Source: Octopus sinensis
Taxonomy: Eukaryota
Length of the DNA: 64,000 nucleotides
Direction of reading: 5' to 3'
Assembly: GCF_006345805.1 (NCBI RefSeq)
Contig: NC_043003.1
Span: 74,462,001 to 74,526,000, forward strand
Shown one piece after another: positions 38,225-52,579 of this stretch; within the stretch, counting starts at the first letter, position 1; every line of letters starts with the position of its first letter. A program made the position numbers and the translations under genes. A model generated the notes under the pieces. It did not search any database and was not told where the DNA came from. It saw nothing but the letters and a program-made list of their open reading frames with translations.

Positions 38225-40109
38225 ATTATGCGTGGTGTACTCAATAAACATTATAAACACGTATTTACATTACTAATATTGTTATGTCTCCCAAAACTAT
38301 CGATACTGTAAAGACTTATCGCAGGGTAGGTATTTTCCCGTTAAAACTGTGTGTCTGACGTCTATTTAGTCTGCTCGTACAGATCACGCACAGATTCACA
38401 GCTGTCATCATGCTCATTCAGCTTTGGTAATCCAATACTGAATCTGAAAGTGTTGTACATTGTGTGAAATTTATTACTTTAGAGGTGTCGGACAAATCCT
38501 GATACCAGTACCAAATTGCTCTTATCCATTATCTTCGAAACTACTTACTATTCGTTTTATTTGTTCTCTCTCCTGCGCCACAGCGTCTGGTGCTCCAGCA
38601 CGTAACTGTATTTCCTACATGAACCACCGTAGCTCAAACAGACCACCTATTTGCAACTTTCCGTGGAATTAGTTTTTTCATAAGAATCTCCTGTGTGACA
38701 TTTTATGCTGAGCGAAAGCTACTCTATATCGTAGAAAGCTACTCTATGCCTCAAAGTGTGCATGAGAACATGTCTAGAAAAATATGTAGAGCAGCTCCAT
38801 ATATTTAACAGTTAGAGATCCGATAGTCATGATCCGGACGAGAAGTTATAATGTCTGTTTATATGTGAAACCATCAAAATGAAATAAGTTTACACAAGGA
38901 TGCAGGAGGTAATCGATGTCAAAGAACGCCTTACTGAAGTAGTAGCCGTTTCAAGAAATGATGAGATTATGATAAATTTGAAGACTGGGAATTCCTATAT
39001 AGATGTGTAAGGAGATAAGGTTACCTAGTCACTTAATTGAGGTAAGATGAAGTGCACTGAGATTGTGAAACATGTTTGGAGAATTGGATCACTCCAGGAA
39101 AGGGATGATTCTAGGTTTGCACAAAGATTAGAATATTTTAGATAATGGTCTTTCTGATCTAAGAATGACAAATCTAAATATTAAGATGTGAAAGGTCTAG
39201 AAGTCGTAGCATCAGACAAGCATTTAACTAGTAGAACACACACGTGCGCACAAGTGCACACATATATATGTTCCTATAAAACATTCAAAGAGATATGAAA
39301 TGTAAACCATCACAGTTACAGTAAATAAAAGAAGGAATATTGAAAATCCAAGAGTTGAAAAAGATCTGTCAATAGTAGTGACCACATTTCAAAACATGGG
39401 CGAATCTAATTGGCTAATTTGACACAACACATCAGCACCACTGTAATCGTTACGTAACATATATCCGTGCAAAAGAATGTAAATATCATTCTCTGTTTTC
39501 TCAGAATAATATTTTGAAAAGATGTTCCAATGAAACTGATGGTAATAGTCAATTTTCAATCACATTTACAACTGCCCATCACATTGCATCAGAAAATATG
39601 TAAATACACACACATATACAAACACGCGCACACACACACTCATAGCATATACAGATACATAGATATATATACATCTGTCTCTATCTCTCCCTCTCTTTCT
39701 CTCTCTCTCTATATATATAATGCGTAAGTGCGTTGCAGGAAACCTGGTTTGTATCAAGTAATATAACAGGATATGTTGGATGGGTGATGAGAGGAAATAA
39801 AATAACATATATCTACTTTTATGCATACTTTCAAAGATCTTAAAAATGTTAAGAGCCTTCAAAACATTGAAAACGTTTCTATCACGAATTTATATAGCGA
39901 ATTTATATCCATGATCTTTTAAAAAAATTCTATATTCACCAATCTCTCTCGGAAAATTAGACCTCTTTTTACTCTACTACTCCCATTGCATTGCATATTG
40001 TTTCACTTTCTCTTATTTTATTTCATTTCCCCACTTTATTTTATCCTATCGTTTTTTTATATTTTATTATATGTTATTCTATTTCTTCTCACCTTCTTCA
40101 CAACCTAGT

Positions 40110-40715
40110 CTACTAACGGCCTTAGTCTTTTTATCTCACGAATATAGTTATTGATTAACATGCACGCTCGCACTTACTGCATACCAAGTTTCCTCGTTTC
40201 ACTACGCTGGTGGTGTGTTTTGTAGCCACTCAGTAAATTCTGCATGAAAATATATGGGTTTTTTTCGAAATTACTAACGTTTTCTTTCTCTTTTTTCCAT
40301 TTAAAGCGATACCAACCATTGCTTTCCCAAACGACCTCTCATATTTTGCATGCCTTCAACGTGACCTTTGAACAATCGTTAGATCGGAGTCTTCCTTTCC
40401 GCTTAGGAGTGAGGTGCCCTCCAGATGTATGTTCGGCATATATCATTTGCGTCCATTTCAGCGTAAACGGTGCTTTGGCACTAGCACCGCAATGCTCAGG
40501 ATGTAAACTTTCTTCGAGATCTTTCTGTTTTGGGTCAGCACGGTCGAGTCAGCAATCAGAATGCGCCTGAAACATCTCTGACGGAAGCGTTCGAGGAACC
40601 ATACATGATGTCTGTAAAAGATCCATGTTTCACATGAGTATAAATGTGATGTCAGAAGACACACACACTATATAACAACAATTTCACCCTTGCTATGCCA
40701 TTTTGGCATACACAA
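40110..40715 (-). mobile_element. RTE-clade LINE 3' segment
   Basis: LTSHLYSCETWIFYRHHVWFLERFRQRCFRRIL; terminal CSKCERAC zinc-finger-like remnant near 40150-40180. Confidence 0.85.
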
Positions 40716-41215
40716 AACTCAAAAACCGTGTGGAAAAACTCAGAAAATGATTGTTCTCAGGTCACTTGTTTCGAGAAATTTGGTGATGGGGTGCAAACGT
40801 GGATCAATGTGTGTAGCGGTATGGCGCGAAAATTTTCTGTAGAAAATATTGCTAAGCATGGTGGCATCCTTCCTCCAAATTCCTTATATTTAGGTGTTAC
40901 TCTCAATTACTGTGGATTGCTCTTCTTGAATATATATGATACACCGGTCTTCTAATGTTTGTTTGAAAATGCGCCGATTTCTAACCAATTCGAAAGAATT
41001 TACCTGTCTTATTCACGACCTACTTCGTGCAGATGGTTTCACTTCGGTTGCTAATATAGTTAAACACATGCAACCATTTTTGAAGCATATTTATTGTTCT
41101 TGCAAGGCTTTTGGACTCAGTATTACCAGAACAAATTTGCGGTATTATTCCAGTCGCCAACAGGAAATCCATATGTGGAACTATCTGTTTTAGCAGTACA
41201 GAATATTGTAGAAAA
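40715..41215 (+). mobile_element. RTE-clade RT segment, inverted relative to the adjacent 3' segment
   Basis: FSVENIAKHGGILPP (GVKQG region), IHDLLRADG (LLFADD), CKAFGLSI, VEKFDFL (FTYLG region). Confidence 0.8.
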
Positions 41216-41255
41216 GTTTGACTTCCTGAGGCATGGACGGGCTTACGATGCCGTC

Positions 41256-42519
41256 GGGGGTATGAAGCAGATAGAAGAGACAGGCTATATGTACTTGGGG
41301 GTTTGGAAAGAGAAAGAAATGACAGAAAAAATTAAGGTGGAGTTCTTGCGCAGACTGAGACTGATCCTTAAGTCGAAATTAAACGGACGGAATAATAATT
41401 GAAGTTATCAACACTTAGATATGGAGCAGTGGTAATCGCATGGACAATAGATGAACTAAACAGCTTAGACAGAAAAAACAAGTAAGTCACTAATAATATA
41501 TGGCACATTCCACCCAGAATATGATACATACAGACTGTACGTACCAAAAAAAAAGAGGGTAAGAGGGCTTATTGGATGCGAACACAGCATTAGAGCAGAA
41601 GAAAACAATATAGCATGTATGTTTGAAGTGACACATAATCGCGATTATTAGAAGTAGATTGAAAGATTGCAAAGATAAAGCTATATACAAACAATTGAAA
41701 ACGAATGAAACTGAAAATAGGTGGGTAACGAAAAGAATGCATGAGCAATTTTATAAGGATGTTGAAGATAAGACAGACACAGAAAAAGGATAGCTGTGGA
41801 TGACTAAAAGTGATTTAAAACCGGAAACAGAAGCTCTAATCTGTGTTCCCCAAGAGCAAGCACTAAGTGCAATCTACATAAAATACAGAATATACAGTAC
41901 ATCAGTAAGTGGTAAGTGCAGAATTTGTGGGCAAAATAGTGAAATCGTATGGTCTATTACTAGCCAATGTACGCCACTCGCCCAGAAGGAATATAAGAGA
42001 TGCCACGACAAAACAGCAAGGCTTATCCATTGGATCCTTTGCAATAAGTATTGACTTGACATAGCAAAAACTTGGTATGACCAAAAACCCGAAGGCAACA
42101 TCAAAAATTATAATGCAATGATCTTGTGGGAGTTTATGATCCAGTGCGACCATGGGATACTAATAGGAAGCCAGACATAGTCTTAACTGAGAAAGAAAGC
42201 GAACTATGCTGGATCATAGATATAGCATGCCCAACTGCCAAAAACTTATGCGATAAGGAAGAAAGAAAAGTCGATAGATATCATAGGGTAGCTTGGGCAG
42301 TTAAGCAGTTGTGTTCGCTGAAAAAAGTGGTAGTAGCATCAATAATTGTCGGAGCCCTGGAAACTGATTAAAAATCTCGAGAAGTACATGGAACAAATAG
42401 GGATGGAGCACTTGCAGAAAATAAACACTGCTTTGAACTGCTCGAATACTCTGGAAAGCGCTCGAAAGTGAACAGCTAACACTGTAGTATATGTCCAGAG
42501 TTAGAAGCTGTGAAAATGC
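41256..42519 (+). mobile_element. 5'-truncated R4/Dong element, second subfamily, ending at (AAT)n
   Basis: GYMYLG, LKPETEALIC..QEQAL, KCRICG..SITSQCTPLAQKEYK, RKPDIV..WIIDIACP. Confidence 0.92.
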
Positions 42520-42532
42520 AATAATAATAATG

Positions 42533-42593
<61 letters not shown>

Positions 42594-42610
42594 TGATGAT
42601 GATGATAATG

Positions 42611-42687
<77 letters not shown>
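42520..42687. repeat. (AAT)n with a (GAT) interruption
   Basis: Seen directly; it abuts the R4 3' end. Confidence 0.95.
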
Positions 42688-42688
<1 letters not shown>

Positions 42689-43859
42689 TGTTCGTGTATG
42701 GTGTATGTATGCAGAGTGGGGGCGCGCGCGAGAATGAGAGAGGTGCATCCAAAAGTACAGAGGTTGTCGCAAAAGTAATGTAAAAGTAGGCATAATGTTT
42801 TATAAATGCTAGGCTATTCTACATCCAAATTTTGATAGACTAACACTTCGAATATAGCATGCACTAAATCTTCTAAACAACATCGTTCATTATAGACAAA
42901 TAATAACTTCCAAACAGAACTATTGTGCCTGTATCGATTTCTTGACCAATGGGTGTTACAGGCTGTATGACACCCACAAAAATATACTCTTTGTCATCGG
43001 AGACGATCCATCTGACAACAACAATGTGCATCGATAACTGGAAACGTTGTACGGAAACTGGTAGTACAAAAACACTTCAGTGGGAAACTATCAGCTGAGT
43101 CCTCTAAAACGAATCACTAACAAGTTCATGAATTGCTTCTTGTGGGGAGACGAATCCCATTGCGTAAGCAGACTGCGGTCACAATGCATAACGGAAAACC
43201 TTTTCTATTGAATTTCCTCGAGCGCTGATACCAAATTCGCAGACAAGAATTGGGAACAGTTCCCCGATCTCTTAGACATTTTACAGCAAATGAAGGCACC
43301 TAAATTGCTCAAGAGACAATGATCGTCATAGAATATTATTGTAACTCTTTGATGGGTAAATATGACGTCGTTTCATTTGTTCTACTGGAAGAAGAATGCA
43401 ACGTGAACACTGAGTTGTTTACAGAAAATTTCGAATTTCACCTATGCGTAACAATGAAGGGCAGTTTTCGATGACAAAGATTTGATGACACAAATAAAGT
43501 GAAAATTTACATCAGCAAATAGTTTCAACATTGCACACAAGAATATTTTTGAAAAACTACAAAATTGCAAATATCGATTGCACAGATATATCACCTCTGG
43601 TGGAGAGAATTCTGAGACGAGCATGTGTATAAACAAAACTGTTCTCTAAGAATATATGCAATTTGAACGGCCTCTGACAGGTAATACAAGACCACGTTCT
43701 GTCTGAACGTATGTGTGCGTGATATATACTTGAATATATTACAGAGGTACACTAACATATATGCCTATGTCACTTTTTAAATGTCAATAATAACTACTTA
43801 TTTAAATAAATATTAATACGTATTGGAACCATGAAGTAGAGTATGTATACGTATATATA

Positions 43860-43898
<39 letters not shown>

Positions 43899-45480
43899 AA
43901 CGAATATATAAAAATAAGTATTTGTGTGTAATATGTGTATAAGTGTGCGGAATATATTTACATGCATATATGTATGCAAAAATATTTGTATAGGAATGTA
44001 ATCTATAAAGATTCTTGTTGTACGTCATATACACACATGCATATAAATATATATAGGTGACTGTGTGTGTGTGTGTGTGTTTGTGTGTTTGAATGAGTGA
44101 GTGTGTGCACGTACTTGTTTTAGCATAAGCAATATGCACAAATAAAGACTTCCATAACATATATTTTAATATTGCAAACACACTGTAACACACGCACAAA
44201 TACTTGCACGACCACGAACGGACACACAAGCGCACGCGCGTGCAGCTGCATGCGCACATATGATCATAAACACGCTGACTCTTCAACACAGGCGAAAAAA
44301 AAACAAAATATTTTCACGTTAATCCACATAGTAGTATACATAATTACGATAAATAGGTTTACGAAAGAATTGCTCTGAGGGCAGCTATTAAATATTGCAG
44401 TGATTTTGTGTAGATACAGCATTCTTAGTATTTATCGAAACCATTGTTATTTATAATTGCTGACCGACGCGGTCTCACACTAGTTATTGTTGAGTATGAA
44501 TGTCTGTGCATGTGTGTGACAACATGTGTTTGACGGCACACATACATAAATAAATCCATCACAGACACACACAAATACACAAACAGACGCAAACACACAC
44601 ACACATACACACATATATATATATACACACAGAGATGCATAGACACGTATGTAAATATATATAAATATAAATGCCTATGTATTAATAAGTATTTGTACAT
44701 ATATATGTTGGTGTGTTTATTTCTATGTATGACCTCGCATCTTTTATATGTTTTTTTTTTCTTTTAATTTGTTTGATATTTTCTTCTCTTTTACTTTTTG
44801 TCGACGTTATGTCTGTGCTAACTTTCTGAGTTGTATTCCATTACTTTCGGGGCATGATAATCATTATTTTTAACATTGCTTTTTAAAATTTTATTATTTT
44901 TTATGGTGAACGATAGAACTGATGATGAGGACGATGATGATGATGATCATCATCATCAAGGACCCTAGAGGTGAATGTGGAACTTTACCGTATTTTAGAG
45001 TTTGAGATTTTGAGGATGAACATTTCTAGATCTATTATTACATCAGGGAAGAAATGTATATAATTGTTGTTGTCGACAATAATGCATCGCACCAGTGCTC
45101 ATTATCTAGAATATAAATATGAATATATATACCTACAAGTTTGTTTGTGCATGTGTGTATCTGTATATATATTATCTGTTTTTTGTTGACCTGTATCACC
45201 ACGAAAAAATACAGCATTGTTTATTATTTTTTTAAAATTCCAGAGCAACACCGAACTCCATGTCTATTTTCATGTTCAATGATTGAAACTCATTGCTGTT
45301 ATTACAACTATCTGTTATGATTTAAGGAATGATTAAGATGCTATTTCATGCAAATAAATTTAATCTCTAAGTAAGCGCATTAATGAAATGAAACGACGTT
45401 GATTTTGGACGCGATAATATATAATTACTTGTATATAGCTCAAGCGGCAGTGCAAGTTTTATGTGTAGGTGTATATATGT

Positions 45481-45564
<84 letters not shown>

Positions 45565-45617
45565 CGGTAGGTAAATGAAAGACAGAAGATGATAGACACG
45601 AGAATTTTTATTAATTA

Positions 45618-45650
45618 CGACAATTGTTTCGACACATCTATCATCAATCT
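45618..45650 (-). ncRNA. Minimal hammerhead-like motif with AATT palindromic loop III
   Basis: Minus strand: TTGATGA-TA-GA(TGTG)TC-GAAAC-AATT-GTC, followed by AATAAA. C3->U, and helix I does not pair. Confidence 0.5.
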
Positions 45651-46149
45651 CTTGCGGGTGGAATACGTAACAACTAGTTCAGGACCGTCCGACGGTACTG
45701 GTGGGTCTCTTCGGATGATAAATAGAAATAACTCATTAAAATAGCAGTTCCCTTATATGTCTTCTCGTTTCGTGTAAAGAAAAACAGAAAATTGAAGGAT
45801 ATATCTTGAATTACATAACAGATCAATAATAAATTAACGGATGCAAAGATTAAATGCACACGCAATACAGCGAGCAAGGTATTAAAATAAACGTTAACGG
45901 ATATGGATGTATAAACGCCCTGGCGCTAGCGGCATGACGCATGTACAGTCTCTCATACAAGAGTTCACGAAGATGAAAGCATAGGCACACGTGATGTTTT
46001 GTGCTCACACATTCACATAGCGTTTTAAATAGCTACTTGATGTTTATAAGAATGTGGAGGTTAAAGCTAAACTTGATTCATCCATACCGTAAAGAAAATT
46101 ACCGTCATATTACCAAGGTTTTACATTTATAATAGTGACATCACTAACA

Positions 46150-46715
46150 ATATCCGACCGCATTTTAACACTTGTATTTCTAGTGTTCACATTCATTAAT
46201 TTCCTCATTAATATATTGCTAATTTCTTCCGATGGCATACTATTTTTTCTTTATATGTTCTATATTTCCACAACGAAAGTACTCCGCTTTCTTAAATGGA
46301 CATTTTTGTCCTCGGGTATATACCTCCATATGCAAAACATGGGTTTATTTCCTGATTTCTGTCATGTTTTTAGAAAATACTTTATCCCTATTATGACTAT
46401 TCCCTACTTGCTTTTCTTGGAAACAATATTCATGTTTAACTTTATTTGAGTCGTGTCTTAATTGTACTAGCTTTTCATATTCTTCTGACATTTGTTGTAG
46501 AGTTACATCCTGCTTTTGTTTCAGCTTTGCGAGAATTCTAGTTATAACTTCTGCGTCCTGTTAAGTAGTAAGTTTCTGCTACTTGAAAATATCTGGCGTT
46601 AATTTGCCCAGCTTAATCTTCTCGAATCCCCTGTTTATACTACCAGCATATGTGATATACTCCTCACCATTGCTTTTCTCTATGTTCAGATCTTTCCAAG
46701 ATGGAGTTACCAACA
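46150..46715 (-). pseudogene. Ty3/Gypsy gag fragment with decayed zinc knuckles
   Basis: WKDLNIEKSNGEEYITYAGSINRGFEKIKLGKLTPDIFK, QDAEVITRILAKLKQKQDVTLQQMSEE, CPFKKAEYFRCGNIEHIKKK; in-frame stops. Confidence 0.8.
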
Positions 46716-47285
46716 TGTTCCAAATTATACAATCAGACTTACCAATAGTCCAGCAAAGCCCCAAAATGGGAAACCTATTAGAAAATAACTGCATCAGAAA
46801 CGGTAAATACCAAGAGAAAACCTGAAAAGACAACTGACAGGAGCAAAATTCTCATCAGAGAATGAAACCGGATTCTTTGTGAAAGTATGTGGAGATAGTA
46901 GATGTGGGATCTGCAGTAACCGCACCTACAAATATATAGAGGAAAACAGCCAAATAAAATTTAAGAGTGGACACACATTCAAAATAAATGCAAACATAAA
47001 TTGCAAGACACAAAACTTAATATATTGCATAACCTGTCGCACATGCAAGGAGAACTATATAGGTGAAACTGGCAATTCTTTATGCCAACGAGCCAGAATT
47101 CACAGGCAATATATCCGACAGGGAGAGCTACAAAATATTTCACTAAGTAAACACTTAGCAACATGTGGAGAAGGAAGATTTAAGATCTTTCCCTTCTATA
47201 CATGCCCAAGGAATGATACCTTCTTCAGAAAAACATATTGAACAAAACTTCATAGCAAATTCTACCCCAAACTCAATGGCAGATG
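46705..47285 (+). pseudogene. Penelope-like element 3' ORF fragment: linker and GIY-YIG endonuclease (Neptune/Naiad-like)
   Basis: NMFQIIQSDLPIVQQSPKM, CGDSRCGIC, NCKTQNLIYCITCRTCKENYIGETG..R..HRQYI, KFYPKLN. Confidence 0.9.
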
Positions 47286-49294
47286 AAAATATGAAAATCA
47301 CATCAACTTCCTAATAAACCCATCTGGAACCCTAAGATATATGCACATGTGTGTGCGTATGTTTATACAGAAATAGAGGCATTCTTGCATCCAGATTTTC
47401 CAACACATACCAGCATGGGAATCAAACATTGGACAATGATGATGATGATGATGATGATGATGATAATAAGTCCAGACAAATTTTTGAAAATAACGTTCCC
47501 TATTCCTAATCAAAACAGACAGCCCATAGAGTAACCACCTGGCCTTGCCATTTTCACAGACCAAGAATCAAGTTGTCATCTTCTATTGAAAGAACTGACC
47601 AATTGCATAGATATAAAAACAACTTTTCTTCTTTCTTTCTTCCTTCCTTTCTTTCCTTCTATTTTCTATTGACATTAAGAAAAAACACATTTTCTCACTT
47701 TGAAAACAGTTTCCTTTCAGACCCCCAGGTGAGCTGGCTGGACCAAAACAAGCATCTTTTCCAGCCACCTACTTAAAAAATATTCTTTTTCTTTATCACC
47801 TATTCAAAACACTTCCTTTCACATACATAGGCACACACACACACATGAACACATACACTCTCTCTCACTTTCTCCCTCCACTATCTCTCTCTTTCCATAC
47901 CCTGTACATGCCACTTTACTTTCGTTTCCCCCACTCACTCTCCCCCAACCCATTTACTAATATTATAAAAAGACACATTTTTTTTTCTTGCAAAATAAAG
48001 ACTCGAACTATATATTCGTGGACTAAACAAAACAGTTGTTAAACAGAACAGGAAATACGTGGATGGAAGAGTCACTGAAGGTGTTAGAGGTGTTTGATGA
48101 AATAATAACAGTAATAAACGAGTGAAGAACGAGTATTTGGTGTGTATGTCTTTATTTAGCAAGAAAGTAAAACGACCATCCCAAAACGTAACATCGTATA
48201 TATGTATAAATGTAGATTGTGTATGCTTATTTCATGTAAAAAGCGCAGCTAATGCATGACGCTCTGCATAGCTTTTTTGTAATCTGCAGTGGATTTCCCT
48301 GAGGGTAATTTAGGAACTAAGCAAGTACGTTATAATCAACGAAGTATGTAATATTTTGTTTCTAAAGCACGTTTTATCGAATTACTTGACTATGTTTATA
48401 TTTGTAGTCATTATGTTGCCGAGATCTAGACAAACATACCCACGCATTTATCTATGTACTACACACACACATAATCTCATAAACACACGCCCTATACACA
48501 CACATATAGCATGAACAGCTATATCAATTTCGAAGTTGCTTGTTCTCAGATTTGCACCTATATATCTGAAATTCTGTAGGTGTGTTCACCTATTAAATGA
48601 GAACTTCAAAAGCTTTGATCTGTATTTTTTTTCCCTGAAATTTGTTCACTTTCGCTGCAGACAGTAATACAGAAGAAGAAAAGAATATTGTTTGACCAAG
48701 CGCATTGTAATAGACGCTGCAGTAATGTACGGATCAGAAACCTGTTTGTGGTAATTATATATACCTTAGTACACCATTATATATCTAAAAAAAAAAAGAA
48801 AAATCTTTTTTTCCTGAAAAAAAAGTAGAAAATGCAAGTTTGCTTTCATCAATTTATTCTTCGTTATTATGAAACTCACACTGAAACATTTTTCTGCGTG
48901 AACTGGAATCAATGTTTCTAGACAAAGTGAAAATTGCCAACATCCTGTTAACGCTATTTCACTAAACTAAACTAAATTCACGTAATTGTATTTTCTTTTT
49001 AGTTCTTTTTGTGTATGAATACACTCGGTCAAGGTTCGCTGAAAATGTTAGTGTATACACACACACAAACACAGAAACACATACACAGACATACACACAC
49101 ATATATTTTAATATATATTTGTTGTGTATATGTATATATGTGTATGTCTGTGTGTGTATGCGTATATGTATATGTATATACGTAACAGAAGTTGAAAATT
49201 CGATGGGACTCTTTTATATATATTTCTATTTAAAGGCTTAAGTTGTTTCGCAGACATTTCTAATTTCCAGAAGTTAAATGAGAAGGATGTGGGG

Positions 49295-49338
<44 letters not shown>

Positions 49339-49449
49339 ATATATATATATATATAATATATATATATAATATATATATATATATAATATATATATATATA
49401 TTTATATTTATATGCGCGCGCGTATGTGTGTATAAGTATGCATATCGAA

Positions 49450-49706
49450 GTTTAGAACAATCCCCGCCAGTACCAAATATCCCGTCTATTCCATCGAGGA
49501 CACGAACCCAATATTGTAATAGCTTGAGATTCAAGGGACCACAAATTTTTAATGCCCTACCACAGAACATCAGGGATCTGCGAGTTGTAAACATGGAGTT
49601 CTTGAAAAAACGTGTAGACATTTTTTTTTAAATCTCCAATAAGGAATGAAAACACATCAAGGCAGTCGCACAAAGAAGGGCGGCTACGTCCAGCTCGCTA
49701 CCACAC
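49450..49706 (+). mobile_element. CR1/L2-type LINE 3' fragment
   Basis: YCNSLRFKGPQIFNALPQNIRDL...FLKKRVDIF. Confidence 0.8.
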
Positions 49707-49851
49707 TAGGAGCAATACTGGAAAATAGAAAAATCCCCGAATGCAATAAATGCAGTACAACAGCGTGGCCTCAGCCTTTGGCAGAAACCCGTACAAGATA
49801 AACGATATATACATACACACATACATATATGCTCACAGACACGCATATATA

Positions 49852-49896
<45 letters not shown>

Positions 49897-49927
49897 TGTG
49901 TGTGTGTGTACATATGTACATACACTC

Positions 49928-49976
<49 letters not shown>

Positions 49977-51179
49977 TATTCATATATATTTATATACGCG
50001 AGTGTGCGTGTGAGTACCTGGTTTTGTATCACCACAACGTTTTACAAAGCCATTATTATTTTGAAAATCATATGGCCAGCTGCACTGCAATACATTGACC
50101 CAGAAATATAGGGGCACTGCTGGAAATTTCATTCATCTTTTACTAACTACAATAACGTACTCATGAATTGTACGTACATATAGCATCAAGTTTTACGTAA
50201 GGATGAAATATATTCATTACTCATAATTGGTACATAATCTATATACATCTTTGTTCGCTTGCGCACGCGTGCGTGTGTATGTGTGAGAGTGTGTGTATAA
50301 TGCGGCCGGCATATATACGTGTGTTGTGTGAACATGTCCTTTTTGACTCCTATGATCCAACTATAGAATTCATTACTATGGTTGTTTATCAAATTCACAG
50401 GCTTCTACAAAACATATATTACTCAAAGAATGATGAGAAGATACATGTGTGTGTGTGTATTTGAATTTGTTAGTGCGCGCGCGTGTGTGTGTATGTGTGT
50501 GTATGTAATATTACAGTTTATAGCCATCGTTCTTTCTGTAGTGAGCAAATAACTTGTGATTAATTAATAATTATACTGTGAGAAGAAGAAACTCGTCAAA
50601 TGGTGTAAAGCACTATCAATAATTATATGACTTAGAGAGTGCAGTGAGTTTTACGATGATTCTCAGGAGACGTGTCAACTGCTGCTTCATATACACATTT
50701 ATAAGAAGTGCCTCTTTTGAGGCCTTCTACGCATCAAAATAATCTGCAAGAATTTGTAACCGAATCACTTTGAAGAAAACGTACTGTCTTAAAAAAATGA
50801 AGATACGCTGGAAAAAATCTAATTCCCACATTGAGAATATGTTGGATATCTGCAATAGTCTTCGGTGTAGCATCGAATACCTTCTTTGACGGTCTCTTGC
50901 TATGTTTCTTTTGTAATATATAACATAAATGTCGACACTCTCGCAAAGAAATATAGTAATTCAGTCAGCATTTCGCCAATATATGAGGCTGACAACAGGA
51001 CTGAAAATTTACCATCGATGGCAACTCAATGCAAACACATGCCCTACTATATATAGGTAGTAATTGTGACTCAGTGCAAATGCTTTCAAGAAAGGTGGAC
51101 ATACAAACAAACAGTATTTTCCAAAAGATGAAATTGTTGAATTCATGCGCCAAAATGAAAAATCTCTTAAGACCAGTCC

Positions 51180-51228
<49 letters not shown>

Positions 51229-51516
51229 TAATAATAATAATAACAATAATTATAATAATGTTGATGTGATGACGACGACAACACCGATGACGTTGATAAT
51301 GATGATGATGATGTGAAGAAGGAGGAGGCCGGTGGTAGTAGTGATGATCACAACGACGATGACGATAATGAGGTTGATGATAATGGTAATATTGTTGATG
51401 TCGACGCCCACGACAATGCCGATGAGAATGGTGTTCATAATGATATTCATTATGACGATGATGATGATGGTTACGCTGATGGTGGTGAGGATGATGAGGT
51501 GGTAGTAGTAGTAGTA

Positions 51517-51556
<40 letters not shown>

Positions 51557-51567
51557 AATTAGTAGTA

Positions 51568-51609
<42 letters not shown>

Positions 51610-51690
51610 AGGAGAAGACGGGAGGAAGAAGAGGAGAGAAGGAGGAAGAGGAGACGAGGAGGAAGAGGAGGGAGAGGAGTACAATGATGA
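51180..51690. repeat. Compound degenerate trinucleotide tract (AAT)(GAT)(GTA)(GAG)
   Basis: Seen directly; it is the source of several spurious low-complexity ORFs. Confidence 0.9.
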
Positions 51691-51899
51691 TTATCATCAT
51701 CATGATACTTGGCAGTGCAAGAAGTTTCCACATTGTCTGATATTTGAAAAGAACAGCTCCTTTCTCCCTGGAAAGTGAACTGCTTTTACATTAATGACAC
51801 TTCCAATAACACACTGAATATATTAGGTGTAATAATTATATTATGTTCAATATTATTGCAATATTTTGGTAAGTTATACTTGTTAAAAGAAAAGCAGCC

Positions 51900-52480
51900 T
51901 AGCATCGAAATTGGAGGCCATCGTGTTGCACAGACTGAAACCATTTATCCTGTTTTTATCCGCACGTTTAAACCAATTCTTGTACGTCAAGGTAAATAAC
52001 TTCTTCACTGAAACCTCCAATCTTCTCTTGGTTTATTGAAAATCGCCAGCGCAGGAAGCACGCTCTCTATCGGAACATGTAATGAAACGAGGGAGATATG
52101 TATGCAATCATAATGTGAATAAGCAGTGATTAAGCAATGAACCACTTCGGGAAACTGTCTCGAAACATCGGTGTTTCGAAAACAAGGTGATGCTCTACTT
52201 CTGGTAGAATTATGATGGGGATTATTCACTACGTGTGTGTTCCGGTTGGTTGAACCTTTGATGCCAACTTATGCTCCGAACTGCTGGAGTGGATGTATAT
52301 CATTGTGCTACAAAGATACTCGACATTATTAATCAGAATGGGAGCTCTTCTGCAGCAAGATAACGCGAGATCTTATACCGCTCGAACAACCCGAAATAAA
52401 CTTCAGAAACTTGAAGGATCAAGCTGATGCCACACCCATTATATATCCTGGACCTAGCTCCATCCAACTGTTCAAAGAAA
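51900..52480 (+). mobile_element. Decayed mariner fragment
   Basis: KVMLYFW*NYDGIIHY, ALLQQDNARSYTA, MPHPLYILDLAPSN; no TIRs found. Confidence 0.75.
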
Positions 52481-52579
52481 GGCTTACATATTACGCTAGA
52501 CCACTAACCTGTACAATAATCCCTATTAATCACCTCACTCTAAGCCTTAAACTTGCAATTTAGTTGCAAGTTTTATGAT

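Noticed and set aside
48660-48750. 90 nt open segment with a good splice acceptor as a host exon
   Set aside because: Another frame reads VIDAAVMYGSETC, matching the RTE LYGSETW motif, so a LINE remnant is more likely.
51313-51687. Asp/Val-rich 124 aa ORF
   Set aside because: It is entirely explained by degenerate trinucleotide repeats.
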